Positions 46,673-56,691 of a DNA stretch of 64,000 nt are shown here, piece by piece. The stretch is taken from assembly GCA_964538815.1 (NCBI GenBank), contig CAZIHL010000001.1, positions 1,070 to 65,069 on the forward strand. Direction: 5' to 3'. Each line of letters begins with the position of its first letter. Position 1 is the stretch's first letter. The translations under genes were made by a program, and so were the position numbers. Origin of the DNA: an uncultured Candidatus Saccharibacteria bacterium. Lineage in GTDB: Bacteria; Patescibacteriota; Minisyncoccia; Phycocordibacterales; UBA5272. Under the pieces are notes generated by a model. It was not told where the DNA came from. It worked only from the letters and a program-made list of their open reading frames with translations, and did no database searches.

Positions 46673-47725
46673 ATGAAAATTAAACAATTTAAAGAAAATC
46701 TTTGGACTTCAACAAGGTTGAAGCTTGACATTATAGCTTCTATCTTTGTTTTTTTTATTTTATTTTCTTTTTCTTATGTTGTATATAAACTTCTAACAGA
46801 AGATATAATTTTCCAGATTTCGCCAGTTTTTAGATATTTAGAAGTGCAAGACAATTTTAATTCCTCTCAATTTTTTAATGATTTACAAAATCAAACTCTT
46901 TTCCTCTTGATAGTATCAGATATTGTGATTTTTATAGTTTCCATGTTTTTTTTCGATAGAATGGTAAAAAGGATGTTAAAACCAATCGAGTATGTTACTA
47001 ATTTGCAAAAAAGATTTGCTTCTAATGTATCTCACGAGCTTCGCACACCTCTTTCAATTATGAATATGCGTGGCGAAATATTAATGAGTAAAATTGAAAA
47101 AGAAGAAGCTAAAGAAAATAATAATACAAAATTTATTTCAGAAGCAAAAGAGGGAACACAGGTCATTTTAAAAGAGATTACAAATCTTACTGAGATAATA
47201 GATGATTTACTTTTTGAAGCTAGAATAAAATATTCTAGCAATAAAATAGAAAATATAACCGTAGAAAGATTAAAAAATATTTTAAAAAAGGCCTCTAATA
47301 ATCAGACTCATTTGAAAGGCGAAGAAGTAGATTTTAAAGTGAAAACAGAATATTTTGAAAGCGGGGAATACATAAAAGCGAATCCACTTCATATAGAAAG
47401 AATATTTAATAACCTTGTTTCCAACAGTTTTAAGTTTACTCATACGGGTGAGGTTGTTGTAATACTTGAAAAGTATAGACATAATCATAAAAATTATTTG
47501 AAAATTATTATAAAAGATACTGGAATTGGTATCAGTGAGACTGATTTACCAAAAATTAGTGAAAGATTTTATCGTGGAAAAGCAAAAGAGAATGAAGTCT
47601 CAGGGACAGGTATTGGACTTTCAATAGTTAAAGATATAGTCAACAACTATAAATGGAATATTAATATTAAAAGTAAAGAAGGAAATGGTACAATGGTAGA
47701 GATAGAAAAAATTACTCTTTATTAA
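46673..47725 (+). CDS. Sensor histidine kinase (two N-terminal TM helices, HisKA, HATPase_c).
   Basis: H-box SHELRTPL, N-box LVSNSFKFT, G-boxes DTGIGI and GTGIGLSIVK. Confidence 0.8.
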   Translation: MKIKQFKENLWTSTRLKLDIIASIFVFFILFSFSYVVYKLLTEDIIFQISPVFRYLEVQDNFNSSQFFNDLQNQTLFLLIVSDIVIFIVSMFFFDRMVKRMLKPIEYVTNLQKRFASNVSHELRTPLSIMNMRGEILMSKIEKEEAKENNNTKFISEAKEGTQVILKEITNLTEIIDDLLFEARIKYSSNKIENITVERLKNILKKASNNQTHLKGEEVDFKVKTEYFESGEYIKANPLHIERIFNNLVSNSFKFTHTGEVVVILEKYRHNHKNYLKIIIKDTGIGISETDLPKISERFYRGKAKENEVSGTGIGLSIVKDIVNNYKWNINIKSKEGNGTMVEIEKITLY

Positions 47726-47728
47726 ATT

Positions 47729-49471
47729 ATGAATTCTATTAAAAATTTTTTAGACAAAGAAAAAATTGAATGGCAAATAGATAAAAATATTTTAGAATCA
47801 TATAGTGAAGACACTAGTCTTTTTAAGATTTTACCAAAAATAGTTATTTTTCCAAAAAATAAATTTGATATTAGTAAACTTTTAAAATTTACGCATAAAA
47901 ATAATTTAGAAAATAAAAAAGAAGTTTATCATATAACTAGTAGAAGCGGTGGAACTGATATGTCTGGTGGAGCTATTGGGCAGTCAATAATACTTTCTTT
48001 TACAAAATACTTTAATCAAATTATTTCTGTAAATAAAAATACCAAAGAAGCAGTAGTAGAGCCTGGTGTGTATTATCGTGATTTTGAAAAAGAAACTTTG
48101 AAAAGTAATTTAATATTGCCAACATATCCAGCGTCCAGAGAAATCTGTGCTCTTGGTGGAATGATTTCAAATAATTCTGGAGGAGAGAAAAGTTTAATTT
48201 ACGGTAAAACAGAAGACTATGTTTTGGAGCTAGAAACTATTTTAAGTAATGGAGAAATTGTTAATTTTAAAGCTTTAAATAAAGAGGAATTTTTAAATAA
48301 ATTAGATAGTTTAGACCAAAACTCTTTAGAATATAAAATATATAAAGAAATTGAGGAGCTGATTTCAAAAGAAGAAAATAAATCTACAATAGAAAAGAAT
48401 AAACCTATTACTTCTAAAAATTCAGCTGGATATTATCTTTGGAATATCTTGAGAGAAGAAAATGGTCAGAAGATTTTTGATTTAACTAAGCTTTTAACTG
48501 GATCACAAGGCACTCTAGGAATAATTACAAAAATAAAAGTAAAATTAGTAGAGCCAAGAAAATATTCAAAAATGTTACTTATCTTTTTGAAAGATTTGAA
48601 AGATTTAAGAAATGTACGAGATATTATTATTAAATATTCTCCAGAAAGCTTTGAAAGTTATGATGACAAAACTTTCAAAGTTGCTATGAAATTTCTTCCA
48701 GTATTTTTGAAAAATATTTTTAATAAAAATAAAGATAGTGACAAAAAAGTAAATTTCTTAAAATTAGCATTTTCATTTTGGAGAGAAATAAAGCTACTTT
48801 TAACTTTTAGTATGCCAAAATTATTTTTAATTGCTGAGTTTACAGGAGATAGTGAAAAAGAAATAATTCAAAATATACTTCTTTGTAAAAAAGAATTAAA
48901 TTTAAAAAATAAAAATATTAAAACTAGATTTGTAAAAACAGAATTTGAAAGAGAGAAATTTTGGACTATAAGAAGAGAAAGTTTTAATCTTTTAAGACAA
49001 AAAGTAAAAGGTATGCATACTGCTCCATTTATAGATGATATAGTGGTAAAAGGTGAAGATTTAGAATCATTTTTAAATGAATTAATACCTATACTTGATA
49101 AATATAAATTACTTTATACTATAGCAGGTCATGTAGCAGATGGTAATTTACATATTATTCCACTTATGAATTTTGATGATAAAGAAATAATAAATAAAAA
49201 TATAGAAATTATTAAAAGCTGTAGTCATGAAGTATATAGCTTAATAAAAAAATATCATGGTTCTATCACGGGAGAACATAATGACGGGCTCATTCGTACA
49301 GCATATTTAGGAGAAATGTATGATGAGAACATGTTAAATCTTTTCAAAGAGGTTAAAAATATTTTTGATAAAAATAATATACTGAATCCTGGTAAAAAAG
49401 TTCCTATAAATGATAATCCAGAAATAGAGATTAATAATAATTTTAAATTTATAAAATTTGGAAGAGAGTAA
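47729..49471 (+). CDS. FAD-linked oxidase (PCMH-type FAD-binding domain; GlcD/D-lactate dehydrogenase family).
   Basis: RSGGTDMSGGAIG FAD-binding signature and a C-terminal GEHNDG motif. It starts 4 nt after the kinase stop. Confidence 0.55.
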   Translation: MNSIKNFLDKEKIEWQIDKNILESYSEDTSLFKILPKIVIFPKNKFDISKLLKFTHKNNLENKKEVYHITSRSGGTDMSGGAIGQSIILSFTKYFNQIISVNKNTKEAVVEPGVYYRDFEKETLKSNLILPTYPASREICALGGMISNNSGGEKSLIYGKTEDYVLELETILSNGEIVNFKALNKEEFLNKLDSLDQNSLEYKIYKEIEELISKEENKSTIEKNKPITSKNSAGYYLWNILREENGQKIFDLTKLLTGSQGTLGIITKIKVKLVEPRKYSKMLLIFLKDLKDLRNVRDIIIKYSPESFESYDDKTFKVAMKFLPVFLKNIFNKNKDSDKKVNFLKLAFSFWREIKLLLTFSMPKLFLIAEFTGDSEKEIIQNILLCKKELNLKNKNIKTRFVKTEFEREKFWTIRRESFNLLRQKVKGMHTAPFIDDIVVKGEDLESFLNELIPILDKYKLLYTIAGHVADGNLHIIPLMNFDDKEIINKNIEIIKSCSHEVYSLIKKYHGSITGEHNDGLIRTAYLGEMYDENMLNLFKEVKNIFDKNNILNPGKKVPINDNPEIEINNNFKFIKFGRE

Positions 49472-49548
49472 TAGAGATTATTTAATAAGATAGACTTGTC
49501 AAGTTAAAAATCTCTTTAATTTTCATGATAAAATTTAACTAGAATAAT

Positions 49549-50625
49549 ATGAAAAAAGTAGCTATAAATGGTTTTGGAAGAATTGGAAGAGCTTTTTTGA
49601 AGTTGGCTTTAACTTCTTCATCTACTAGTAAAGATATAGATATTGTTTGTATAAATGATTTGGGAGATTTGGAAAATATGATTTATCTTTTAAAACATGA
49701 TTCAGTATACAGACAAAAAGTTTTTAAAAGTGTAGAAAGTAAAAATGTTAGTGAGCAAGAAAAATATTTAATTATAGAACTTTTAAATGGTGAGAAAAAA
49801 GAAATTAGATTTATTTCAGAAAAAGATACGAATAATTTTGTACAAAATAAAATTTGGGCTAATTTTGGAGTAGATATTGTAGTTGAATGTACAGGAGTTT
49901 TTGTGAGTGCTGATAAATCATATTTTCATATTGAAAGCGGAGCAAAGAGAGTTGTGTTGTCTGCACCAGCAAAAGATGAAAAGGGAGCTATGCGACAAAG
50001 TGAAACCGTCTTAATGGGTATAAATGAGGACAAATTAAATGCTTGTCCTATAACTAGTAATGCTTCTTGTACTACAAATTCCGCTTCGCCAGTACTCGCA
50101 ATTTTAGATGAAGCTGTCGGAATAGAAAAAGCAATTTTAAATACGGTTCACTCTTATACAGCTTCACAGTCTATTGTGGATGGACCAAATAAAAAAGATT
50201 GGCGTGAAGGACGGGCAGGGGCGCAAAATATTGTACCAAGTACCACAGGAGCAGCTATTGCTGTCACAAAAGCATTTACAAAATTAGAAGGACTTTTTGA
50301 TGGTATATCTATTCGTGTACCAAGTGTAGCTGGAAGTATTGTGGATCTTACTTTTATAACAAAAAGAAATACTAGCGTAGAAGAAGTTAATAGAATTTTA
50401 GAAAATGCAGCCCAAACTGACAGATGGAAAAATATTTTTGCGGTTTCAAGAGAAGAGTTAGTTTCTACTGATATTCTTGGTCTAAGATATGCAAGTATTG
50501 CTGACCTCAAAATGACAAAAGTTGTTGGCGGAAATCTTGTAAAAGTATTATCTTGGTATGATAATGAAATCGGATATACGCAGACTTTAGTAGATCATGT
50601 GGTGAAAGTTAGTAAAATTATATAA
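49549..50625 (+). CDS. gap: Glyceraldehyde-3-phosphate dehydrogenase, type I.
   Basis: NGFGRIGR (NAD binding) and SNASCTTNSASP (catalytic Cys). Confidence 0.85.
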   Translation: MKKVAINGFGRIGRAFLKLALTSSSTSKDIDIVCINDLGDLENMIYLLKHDSVYRQKVFKSVESKNVSEQEKYLIIELLNGEKKEIRFISEKDTNNFVQNKIWANFGVDIVVECTGVFVSADKSYFHIESGAKRVVLSAPAKDEKGAMRQSETVLMGINEDKLNACPITSNASCTTNSASPVLAILDEAVGIEKAILNTVHSYTASQSIVDGPNKKDWREGRAGAQNIVPSTTGAAIAVTKAFTKLEGLFDGISIRVPSVAGSIVDLTFITKRNTSVEEVNRILENAAQTDRWKNIFAVSREELVSTDILGLRYASIADLKMTKVVGGNLVKVLSWYDNEIGYTQTLVDHVVKVSKII

Positions 50626-50643
50626 TGATTTTATGGAATGTGG

Positions 50644-50683
50644 ATAATTGGGCGGTGGCCGAAGGCCACCGCCCATAATTTAT
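50644..50683 (+). terminator. GC-rich hairpin terminator after gap.
   Basis: ttgggcggtggcc gaa ggccaccgcccaa (12-bp GC stem). Confidence 0.6.
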
Positions 50684-50700
50684 AGTATAATTAACCTATT

Positions 50701-51315
50701 ATGAAGATATATTTAGCAACCGATCATGCAGGATTTGAAATGAAAGAAGCAGTAAAACTCTTTTTAGAGATTGAGAAGGATGATTTATTGGTAGAGCTTA
50801 CAAAGGCTGGTAAAGTAATTCAAAATATTGAGATAATAGATTTTGGTGCATATAAATATGATGAAAATGATGATTATCCAAAATTTATCTCTGCTTGTGC
50901 AGGAGCATTGTCTGCTGATGTATATATTGGAAAAAAAGAAAATTTAGGAATTATTTTTGGTGGTTCTGGGCAAGGAGAATCTGTGGTGGCTGATAAATAT
51001 AAAGGTGTAAGAGCAGGAGTTATAAATAATGAAAATCTTGAACTTGTTAAACTTTTGCGTGCTCATAATAATGCAAATATCCTTTCAATAGGAGCTAGAT
51101 TTGTAAGTGAAAATTTTGCAAAAGAGGCGGTAAAGACTTTTATTCTTACTAAATTTGAAGAAAAAGATAATGAAGGTAAAGAGACTCGTCACGAAAGAAG
51201 GATTGATGAAATAGAAGAGATTGAAAACATAAATATGGATACAAAAGTATCAGGGGAAGAGTTGGAAGAATTAAAGGAATTAGAGTCGATGAGAATGGCT
51301 ACAACTCAGAATTAA
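50701..51315 (+). CDS. rpiB: Ribose-5-phosphate isomerase B (RpiB/LacAB family) with an acidic C-terminal extension of about 55 aa.
   Basis: MKIYLATDHAGFEMKE N-terminus and the GGSGQGESVVADKYKGVRAG core. Confidence 0.75.
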   Translation: MKIYLATDHAGFEMKEAVKLFLEIEKDDLLVELTKAGKVIQNIEIIDFGAYKYDENDDYPKFISACAGALSADVYIGKKENLGIIFGGSGQGESVVADKYKGVRAGVINNENLELVKLLRAHNNANILSIGARFVSENFAKEAVKTFILTKFEEKDNEGKETRHERRIDEIEEIENINMDTKVSGEELEELKELESMRMATTQN

Positions 51316-51316
51316 T

Positions 51317-52027
51317 ATGAAAATTATACCAGCTATTTTGGAAAAAGATTTTCAATCTCTTGAAAGAAAATTAGATTTTCTTTTATTTCTCAAAAAAAAA
51401 TACAATATTAGTTTCGATACAGTACAAATAGATCTTTGCGATGGTAAATTTGTAGAAAATAATACATGGCTTCCAAATATTGAGAACAAAGAAGAAATAG
51501 AAAAAATTCTTTTTTATAGAGATATTTTTAATATTGAATATCATATAATGTGCGAAAATCAATATAAATATTTTTTAGAATTAAAAGATTTAAAAGCAAA
51601 AAGAATAGTTATTCATATTGATGAAATTTGGAATACTGAAGAGTTGAGAAAAATTTTAGAAGACGCTAAGGAGAATTTTATTAAAATCTTAATATCTTCA
51701 AAATTAGATTTTATGAGTATTCATAGAGAGGATATTATTTCATTTTTACATAAACATACAAATATAGATTTACAAATTATGGGGATAGATAGAATTGGTG
51801 TACAAGGAGGTGAATTTGATGAAAAATGTATTTCTTTAATAAGATTTTTCAGAAAGAATTTCAAAGAGAAGGAGTTATATATACAAGTAGATGGATCAAT
51901 GAATGATAATACTGTCTCTTTAGTCTCCAAGGTTGGTGCAAATACTTCTGTTGTTGGATCATATCTTATGAAGGATTTAAATGAGATGAAATTTGTTTCC
52001 AGATATAGAGAAATCTTAAATTTATAA
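51317..52027 (+). CDS. rpe: Ribulose-phosphate 3-epimerase-like TIM-barrel protein, divergent; the first catalytic His is replaced.
   Basis: MKIIPAILEKDF...VQIDLCDGKFVENNT parallels the Rpe H-x-D-x-M-D-x-x-F-V-P-N block with Q in place of the first H. PPP context. Confidence 0.4.
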   Translation: MKIIPAILEKDFQSLERKLDFLLFLKKKYNISFDTVQIDLCDGKFVENNTWLPNIENKEEIEKILFYRDIFNIEYHIMCENQYKYFLELKDLKAKRIVIHIDEIWNTEELRKILEDAKENFIKILISSKLDFMSIHREDIISFLHKHTNIDLQIMGIDRIGVQGGEFDEKCISLIRFFRKNFKEKELYIQVDGSMNDNTVSLVSKVGANTSVVGSYLMKDLNEMKFVSRYREILNL

Positions 52028-52061
52028 TATCTGTTTTGGCTTATGATATAATTAAGCTATT

Positions 52062-52724
52062 ATGAAGAGTCTCACACAAGATGAAATAGAAGCATTGAAA
52101 AGAGTGAAAGAAGATGTGGATATTACTATCGATACCAAGTTTAAAGATTTTGATGAGATAGTCAAAAGAAATTTAAAATCTCTTTCAGCAATATTTGTAG
52201 CTTTGTTTTTCAGATCTCTGAATCATGATCCAAAAAAGGAAGATTGGAAAAATAGAGATTATGTATTTCCAACAAATAATTATGCAAATATTGTAAAAAA
52301 TATAGTAAAAGTTCATGCTGGCTATGGAAACTTTTTTGAAATTGAAAATTATTTAAAAGAATTTAATTTTAATAAAACTGAAAATACTTTTGGTGATGCA
52401 ATAGGGTATTACACTTTAGCGAGAGACATTGGCGATAAACATGAAAGATTTTACTATGTCATAACTAGCGGACTTGATCTTCTAAATAATATTTCTGCTT
52501 TAGAGTTTATTCTCAAGAATAAAATGAAAAGAATTATTATAATCGCTTATACAGATACAGATTATGAAAGTGTTACCAAAGAAAATAAATTAAGTGGGAG
52601 ACTTTTAAATCTTGGTTTTGACACTTTAGTAATAAATGGAGGAAGTCCTGAATATATTTGTGATTCAATAGCTTATGCTAAAAATCTTGATAAGCCAGCT
52701 GTGATTTTAGCTAATATAAAATAA
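52062..52724 (+). CDS. Transketolase N-terminal-subunit-like protein whose ThDP-binding GDG motif is degenerate.
   Basis: DPKKEDWKNRDYVFPTNNYANIVKNIVKVHAGYG parallels the TK segment NPxWxDRDRFVLSxGH...YxxG. YVITSGLD sits at the GDGE position. The C-terminal LGFDTLVINGGSPEYI...KPAVILANIK parallels the TK motif GWxV..VDGHD...KPT.I. Confidence 0.35.
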   Translation: MKSLTQDEIEALKRVKEDVDITIDTKFKDFDEIVKRNLKSLSAIFVALFFRSLNHDPKKEDWKNRDYVFPTNNYANIVKNIVKVHAGYGNFFEIENYLKEFNFNKTENTFGDAIGYYTLARDIGDKHERFYYVITSGLDLLNNISALEFILKNKMKRIIIIAYTDTDYESVTKENKLSGRLLNLGFDTLVINGGSPEYICDSIAYAKNLDKPAVILANIK

Positions 52725-52735
52725 AAATATAAAAT

Positions 52736-53773
52736 ATGTTGAATAAAAATCTATTTGATAAAAATAAAGAAGAGTATAAAGATATGGTCGAGTCTAGTTT
52801 TTTTACTTTAGCTGAATTTTCTGATGATATAAATATTGTTTTAAAGGTTGATAATCTTGAAGAACCAAGTGGAAATGTGAGACATATTTTTAGGGCGGAA
52901 GAAGCAGTACAAATTACAAGTGTAATTTCTAAAAATCAAAATAAAAATGTATTTTTAGTAAATGAAGCATTTAATGATAATCTCAAAAATATCAGTACAA
53001 GTCTTATGGATAATTTTTATAAGCTTTATTCTGGCTTTACTAAAGTCTTACCTAGAAGTGGAGAAACTATGAATCTTGCACTTTTAAATATGCAATGCCC
53101 ACTCGTACATCATGAGAATGATTTGGCAGCAGCGCTTTATTTGAATAGTCGCGAAACAATAAATGATATTGCGATGCTCAGAAATTTGGGCGGTATTAAT
53201 ATTTTTGTGCCGAGCGATAGTGAAGAAGCAAGTTATCTTTTAAAAGTTGTAGAAAAAAATTTCTTTAAGCCGGGTAGGACAAATTTTTCATATTTCAAGC
53301 TTTCTAGTGAAGGTAGTCCAAAAATATTTGATGAAAATTATTTTAATAAAGACGGACACATAAAAGAGTGGAGTGGTATGCCAGAAATAGTTTATTTTTC
53401 TAAAAATTTAGATGCTCAATACGATGTTTCAATAATAGCTTGTGGACCTATTTTGTATAATGCAATTTTAGCCGCTAAAGAGCTTGAAGAAATGAATTAT
53501 AAAGTGACAGTTTTAAATATGTCACTATTAGCATCAAGCAGTGAATATATAAATGAAAAAATAAAAGCTTTTATAAATCATTTTACTGATAATCATACAA
53601 ATATTGTGACGGTCGAAGAACATTCAAAAATTGGAGGACTTGGGAGTTTGATTGCTGAAATTACTTCTGAAAATAAAAATAGAGCTAATGTACGGGTAGA
53701 AAGACTGGGTATTGAAGATAATCTTTCACCAAGAGGAATTATTGCAAAATGTGAAGAGGCAGTAGGGTATTAA
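52736..53773 (+). CDS. Transketolase C-terminal-subunit-like protein (pyrimidine-binding and TK_C domains).
   Basis: LRNLGGINIFVPSDSEEASYLL parallels the TK motif R.IPN..V.RPADA.E. The C-terminal YDVSIIACGPILYNAILAAKELEEMNYKVTVLNMSLL...IVTVEEHSKIGGLGSLIAE matches the transketolase_C fold. Confidence 0.45.
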   Translation: MLNKNLFDKNKEEYKDMVESSFFTLAEFSDDINIVLKVDNLEEPSGNVRHIFRAEEAVQITSVISKNQNKNVFLVNEAFNDNLKNISTSLMDNFYKLYSGFTKVLPRSGETMNLALLNMQCPLVHHENDLAAALYLNSRETINDIAMLRNLGGINIFVPSDSEEASYLLKVVEKNFFKPGRTNFSYFKLSSEGSPKIFDENYFNKDGHIKEWSGMPEIVYFSKNLDAQYDVSIIACGPILYNAILAAKELEEMNYKVTVLNMSLLASSSEYINEKIKAFINHFTDNHTNIVTVEEHSKIGGLGSLIAEITSENKNRANVRVERLGIEDNLSPRGIIAKCEEAVGY

Positions 53774-53805
53774 AAATATTATAATGTGATATACTCTTTC
53801 AAAGT

Positions 53806-55119
53806 ATGAAAGAATTTTCTTTTTCTATTAGTAAAAAATCAAAAGAAGCACCTTTCGCAAGAGTGGGAGTTATTCATACGCCTCATGGAGATATTGAAAC
53901 TCCAGCTTTTATTCCAGTTGGGACAAAAGCGACAATTAAAAGTATTTTGCCAGAGGATTTTCAAAAATATGTTGGCGCTGGCGCATGTCTAGCTAATACA
54001 TATCATCTTTATCTTGAGCCAGGTAGTGAAATAGTAAAAAATCATAGTGGCTTTGCAAAGATGATGAATTACAATGGGCCTACCTTTACAGATTCAGGAG
54101 GTTTTCAAGTATTTTCTCTTGGAGCTGCTATGGGAGTAGGGGTTTCTAAAATTGCTAAAAGAGAAGATCTTACAAATCAAAATATTGATAAAAATCTAGA
54201 AAATAAAAATGAAGAAAATATTTTTTTTAAAAAAATAAAAGTTTTTTTCATTTCAATTTTTAGTAAAAATAAAAAAGAAGAAAAACAAAAATCTTTAGTA
54301 AAAATTTCTGAAAATGGGGTCGAATTTAGAAGTGTGTTTGATGGTAGTAAACATTTTTTTACTCCAGAAAAATCTATGGAGATTCAACATGACTTGGGAG
54401 GAGATATATTTTTCGCTTTTGATGAATGCACTAGTCCGCTTGCTAATTATGATTATCAGGTGGAAGCTCTTGAAAGGACGCATCGCTGGGCAAAAAGATC
54501 GCTCGCACATCATATTAAATTGGGTAAAAGTGAAGCGACAAATCAAATACAAGCACTTTATGCAGTAGTTCAAGGTGGTGCATTTGATGAGCTTCGTAAA
54601 CAGAGTGCTATAACTCTGGGAGAGATGAATATAGATGGGAAATATTTTGATGGTTTTGGTATTGGTGGAAGTTTTACAAAAGAGGATATGGCTAAAACTG
54701 TTAAAATTTCTACTGAAAACTTGCCGGAGGATAAACCAAGACACTTACTTGGAATTGGAGAGATTGAAGACTTATTTTTAGGAGTAGAGTATGGGATAGA
54801 TACTTTTGATTGTGTGACACCAACCAGGCTTGCGAGAAATGGGTCAATTTATACAAAGGAAGGAAGAATAAATATTTTTAATAGTAAATATAAAGAAGAC
54901 TATAGTCCTGTATGTAATGATCCTACTTGCTATGCTCACAAATACACAAAAAGCTATCTTGCACATCTATTTCGTAGTAAAGAAATGGTAGCAGCTACTA
55001 TTGCTTCACTTCACAATCTTCACTTTATAGTCCACCTTGTAAAAGATATTAGACAAAGCTTAATAGAAGATAGATTTTTTGAATTTAAAAGAGAAGTTTT
55101 AGAAAAATTTAAAAATTAA
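53806..55119 (+). CDS. tgt: Queuine tRNA-ribosyltransferase (Tgt) carrying a K/E-rich insertion of about 60 aa.
   Basis: ARVGVIHTPHGDIETPAFIPVGT, DSGGFQVFSLG, GVEFRSVFDGSKHFFTPEKSMEIQHDLGGDIFFAFDECT, and a C-terminal Cys/His zinc cluster (CNDPTCYAH). Confidence 0.7.
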   Translation: MKEFSFSISKKSKEAPFARVGVIHTPHGDIETPAFIPVGTKATIKSILPEDFQKYVGAGACLANTYHLYLEPGSEIVKNHSGFAKMMNYNGPTFTDSGGFQVFSLGAAMGVGVSKIAKREDLTNQNIDKNLENKNEENIFFKKIKVFFISIFSKNKKEEKQKSLVKISENGVEFRSVFDGSKHFFTPEKSMEIQHDLGGDIFFAFDECTSPLANYDYQVEALERTHRWAKRSLAHHIKLGKSEATNQIQALYAVVQGGAFDELRKQSAITLGEMNIDGKYFDGFGIGGSFTKEDMAKTVKISTENLPEDKPRHLLGIGEIEDLFLGVEYGIDTFDCVTPTRLARNGSIYTKEGRINIFNSKYKEDYSPVCNDPTCYAHKYTKSYLAHLFRSKEMVAATIASLHNLHFIVHLVKDIRQSLIEDRFFEFKREVLEKFKN

Positions 55120-55218
55120 ACCAGAAGTACAAAAAGTATTTAAATTGACCAATCTTTTAATATGTTATATATTCTATTTGGAAAAATATTTTTTAACAAT
55201 TAAAAATAATTATACATA

Positions 55219-55605
55219 ATGAAAAAATTATTCATAGCAGAAGATTTAAACTCTTTTTTACTATTCGATTTATTTGACAATAAAAATCTTTTTGTCAAAT
55301 ATACAGGAATACCAAATCAAAATTCTTTAATAATTCTTCCAGAAACTAAATATCCAGAAATTGTAAATATGGTAATGTATTTTCTTGATATGGAAGATAA
55401 TTTTATAATCGAAACTAAAAAAAACGATTTATTGTTTAACAATTTAATTTTGAGATTGGTATGTAATGTTAAGTGTAGTTATGTAGAAGTTTTAGCTAGA
55501 AAAATACCTTCTGGAAATATGGGAAGATTTGAAAAATGGGTGGTTTATGAACCATCTGAAAAAGACTATATTCTTTCACAAATAATCTTTGAAAAAAAAT
55601 ATTAA
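55219..55605 (+). CDS. Hypothetical protein.
   Basis: ORF only, followed by a terminator. Confidence 0.3.
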   Translation: MKKLFIAEDLNSFLLFDLFDNKNLFVKYTGIPNQNSLIILPETKYPEIVNMVMYFLDMEDNFIIETKKNDLLFNNLILRLVCNVKCSYVEVLARKIPSGNMGRFEKWVVYEPSEKDYILSQIIFEKKY

Positions 55606-55627
55606 TTTTCTTATTTTTAAAAGTAGT

Positions 55628-55655
55628 AAAGGAGTGATAACTCCTTTTTCTTTTT
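55628..55655 (+). terminator. Intrinsic terminator (8-bp stem, GATA loop, T-run).
   Basis: aaaggagt gata actccttttt. Confidence 0.65.
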
Positions 55656-55678
55656 ATTTAATTTTTGATATCATTTAA
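55655..55678 (+). repeat. Copy 1 of a perfect 24-nt direct repeat (tatttaatttttgatatcatttaa), ending 2 nt before the capA ATG. Copy 2 is at 56873-56896, 2 nt before the uvrB ATG.
   Basis: The 24-mer is identical at both sites, and similarity extends upstream (ctttttctt...). The two copies bracket a segment of about 1.2 kb. Confidence 0.8.
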
Positions 55679-55680
55679 TT

Positions 55681-56691
55681 ATGAAAATAAATATTTTTAT
55701 AAAAATATTTTTGATAATTATTATCTTAACGACTGCATATTTTTTCTTAAATGAAAGATTAGGTAATCAGTACTATTCGAATAAAGAAGAAAATATACAA
55801 GAAAATGATAAAAATATTAAAAGTAATGAATTAAATTTATTATTTGTGGGTGATGTAATGTTTGATAGATATATTCGTAAGAAAATAAATGAGGCAAGTG
55901 GAGCAGAAGATTTTGTAAAAAGTTTTTTGACCAATTTAAGTATTGAAAATAAAAAGTATGATTATGTGGTGGCAAATCTTGAAGGACCTATTACAAAAAA
56001 TAAAAGTAAAACTTTAAATGATGATGGCGCTTATGGAAAAGAGTTAATCTTTACTTTTCCTGTAAGTACTATAGAGATTTTAAAACTTTTGAATATTAAA
56101 GTTGTCTCTCTTGCTAATAATCATACAGATAATTTTTACTATGAAGGATTTCAAAGTACTATTAATTTTTTAGAAAAGGGAAAGATGGATTATTTTGGTA
56201 ATCCATATAACTCATCAAAAGATGGACTTTCTAAAATAGTTTGCGAGAACAATATTTGTATTGGATATATTGCCTATAATCAGTTTACTGCAGAAAATAG
56301 TCCGGAGATAATTGTAAATGAAATTAAAAAATTAAAAGAAGATAAAAATTTAGATTTTGTGGTTGTCTTTTCACATTGGGGAGAAGAGTATAAATTAAAA
56401 GCAAATTCTACTCAAACAAATTATGCTCATAAGTGGATAGATGCTGGAGCAGATTTAATTATTGGAGCCCATCCACATGTTATACAAAATGATGAAATAT
56501 ATAAAGACAAATATATTTATTATTCTGTTGGAAATTATATTTTTGATCAGTGGTTTGATAAAGATGTTTCAAAAGGTTTGGGTCTTAATTTTAAATTTAG
56601 TAAAAATGAAAACGGAGATAAAAAGATTAAATTAATAAAAGAGTTAAATACAAACATTAGTAAAGAAGGAGTAAAATATCTAGAAGATTAG
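55681..56691 (+). CDS. CapA/PgsA-family metallophosphoesterase-like protein (poly-gamma-glutamate capsule synthesis family), with an N-terminal anchor.
   Basis: LLFVGDVMFDR, NLEGP, ANNH, and GAHPHVIQ motifs of the CapA family. Confidence 0.65.
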   Translation: MKINIFIKIFLIIIILTTAYFFLNERLGNQYYSNKEENIQENDKNIKSNELNLLFVGDVMFDRYIRKKINEASGAEDFVKSFLTNLSIENKKYDYVVANLEGPITKNKSKTLNDDGAYGKELIFTFPVSTIEILKLLNIKVVSLANNHTDNFYYEGFQSTINFLEKGKMDYFGNPYNSSKDGLSKIVCENNICIGYIAYNQFTAENSPEIIVNEIKKLKEDKNLDFVVVFSHWGEEYKLKANSTQTNYAHKWIDAGADLIIGAHPHVIQNDEIYKDKYIYYSVGNYIFDQWFDKDVSKGLGLNFKFSKNENGDKKIKLIKELNTNISKEGVKYLED

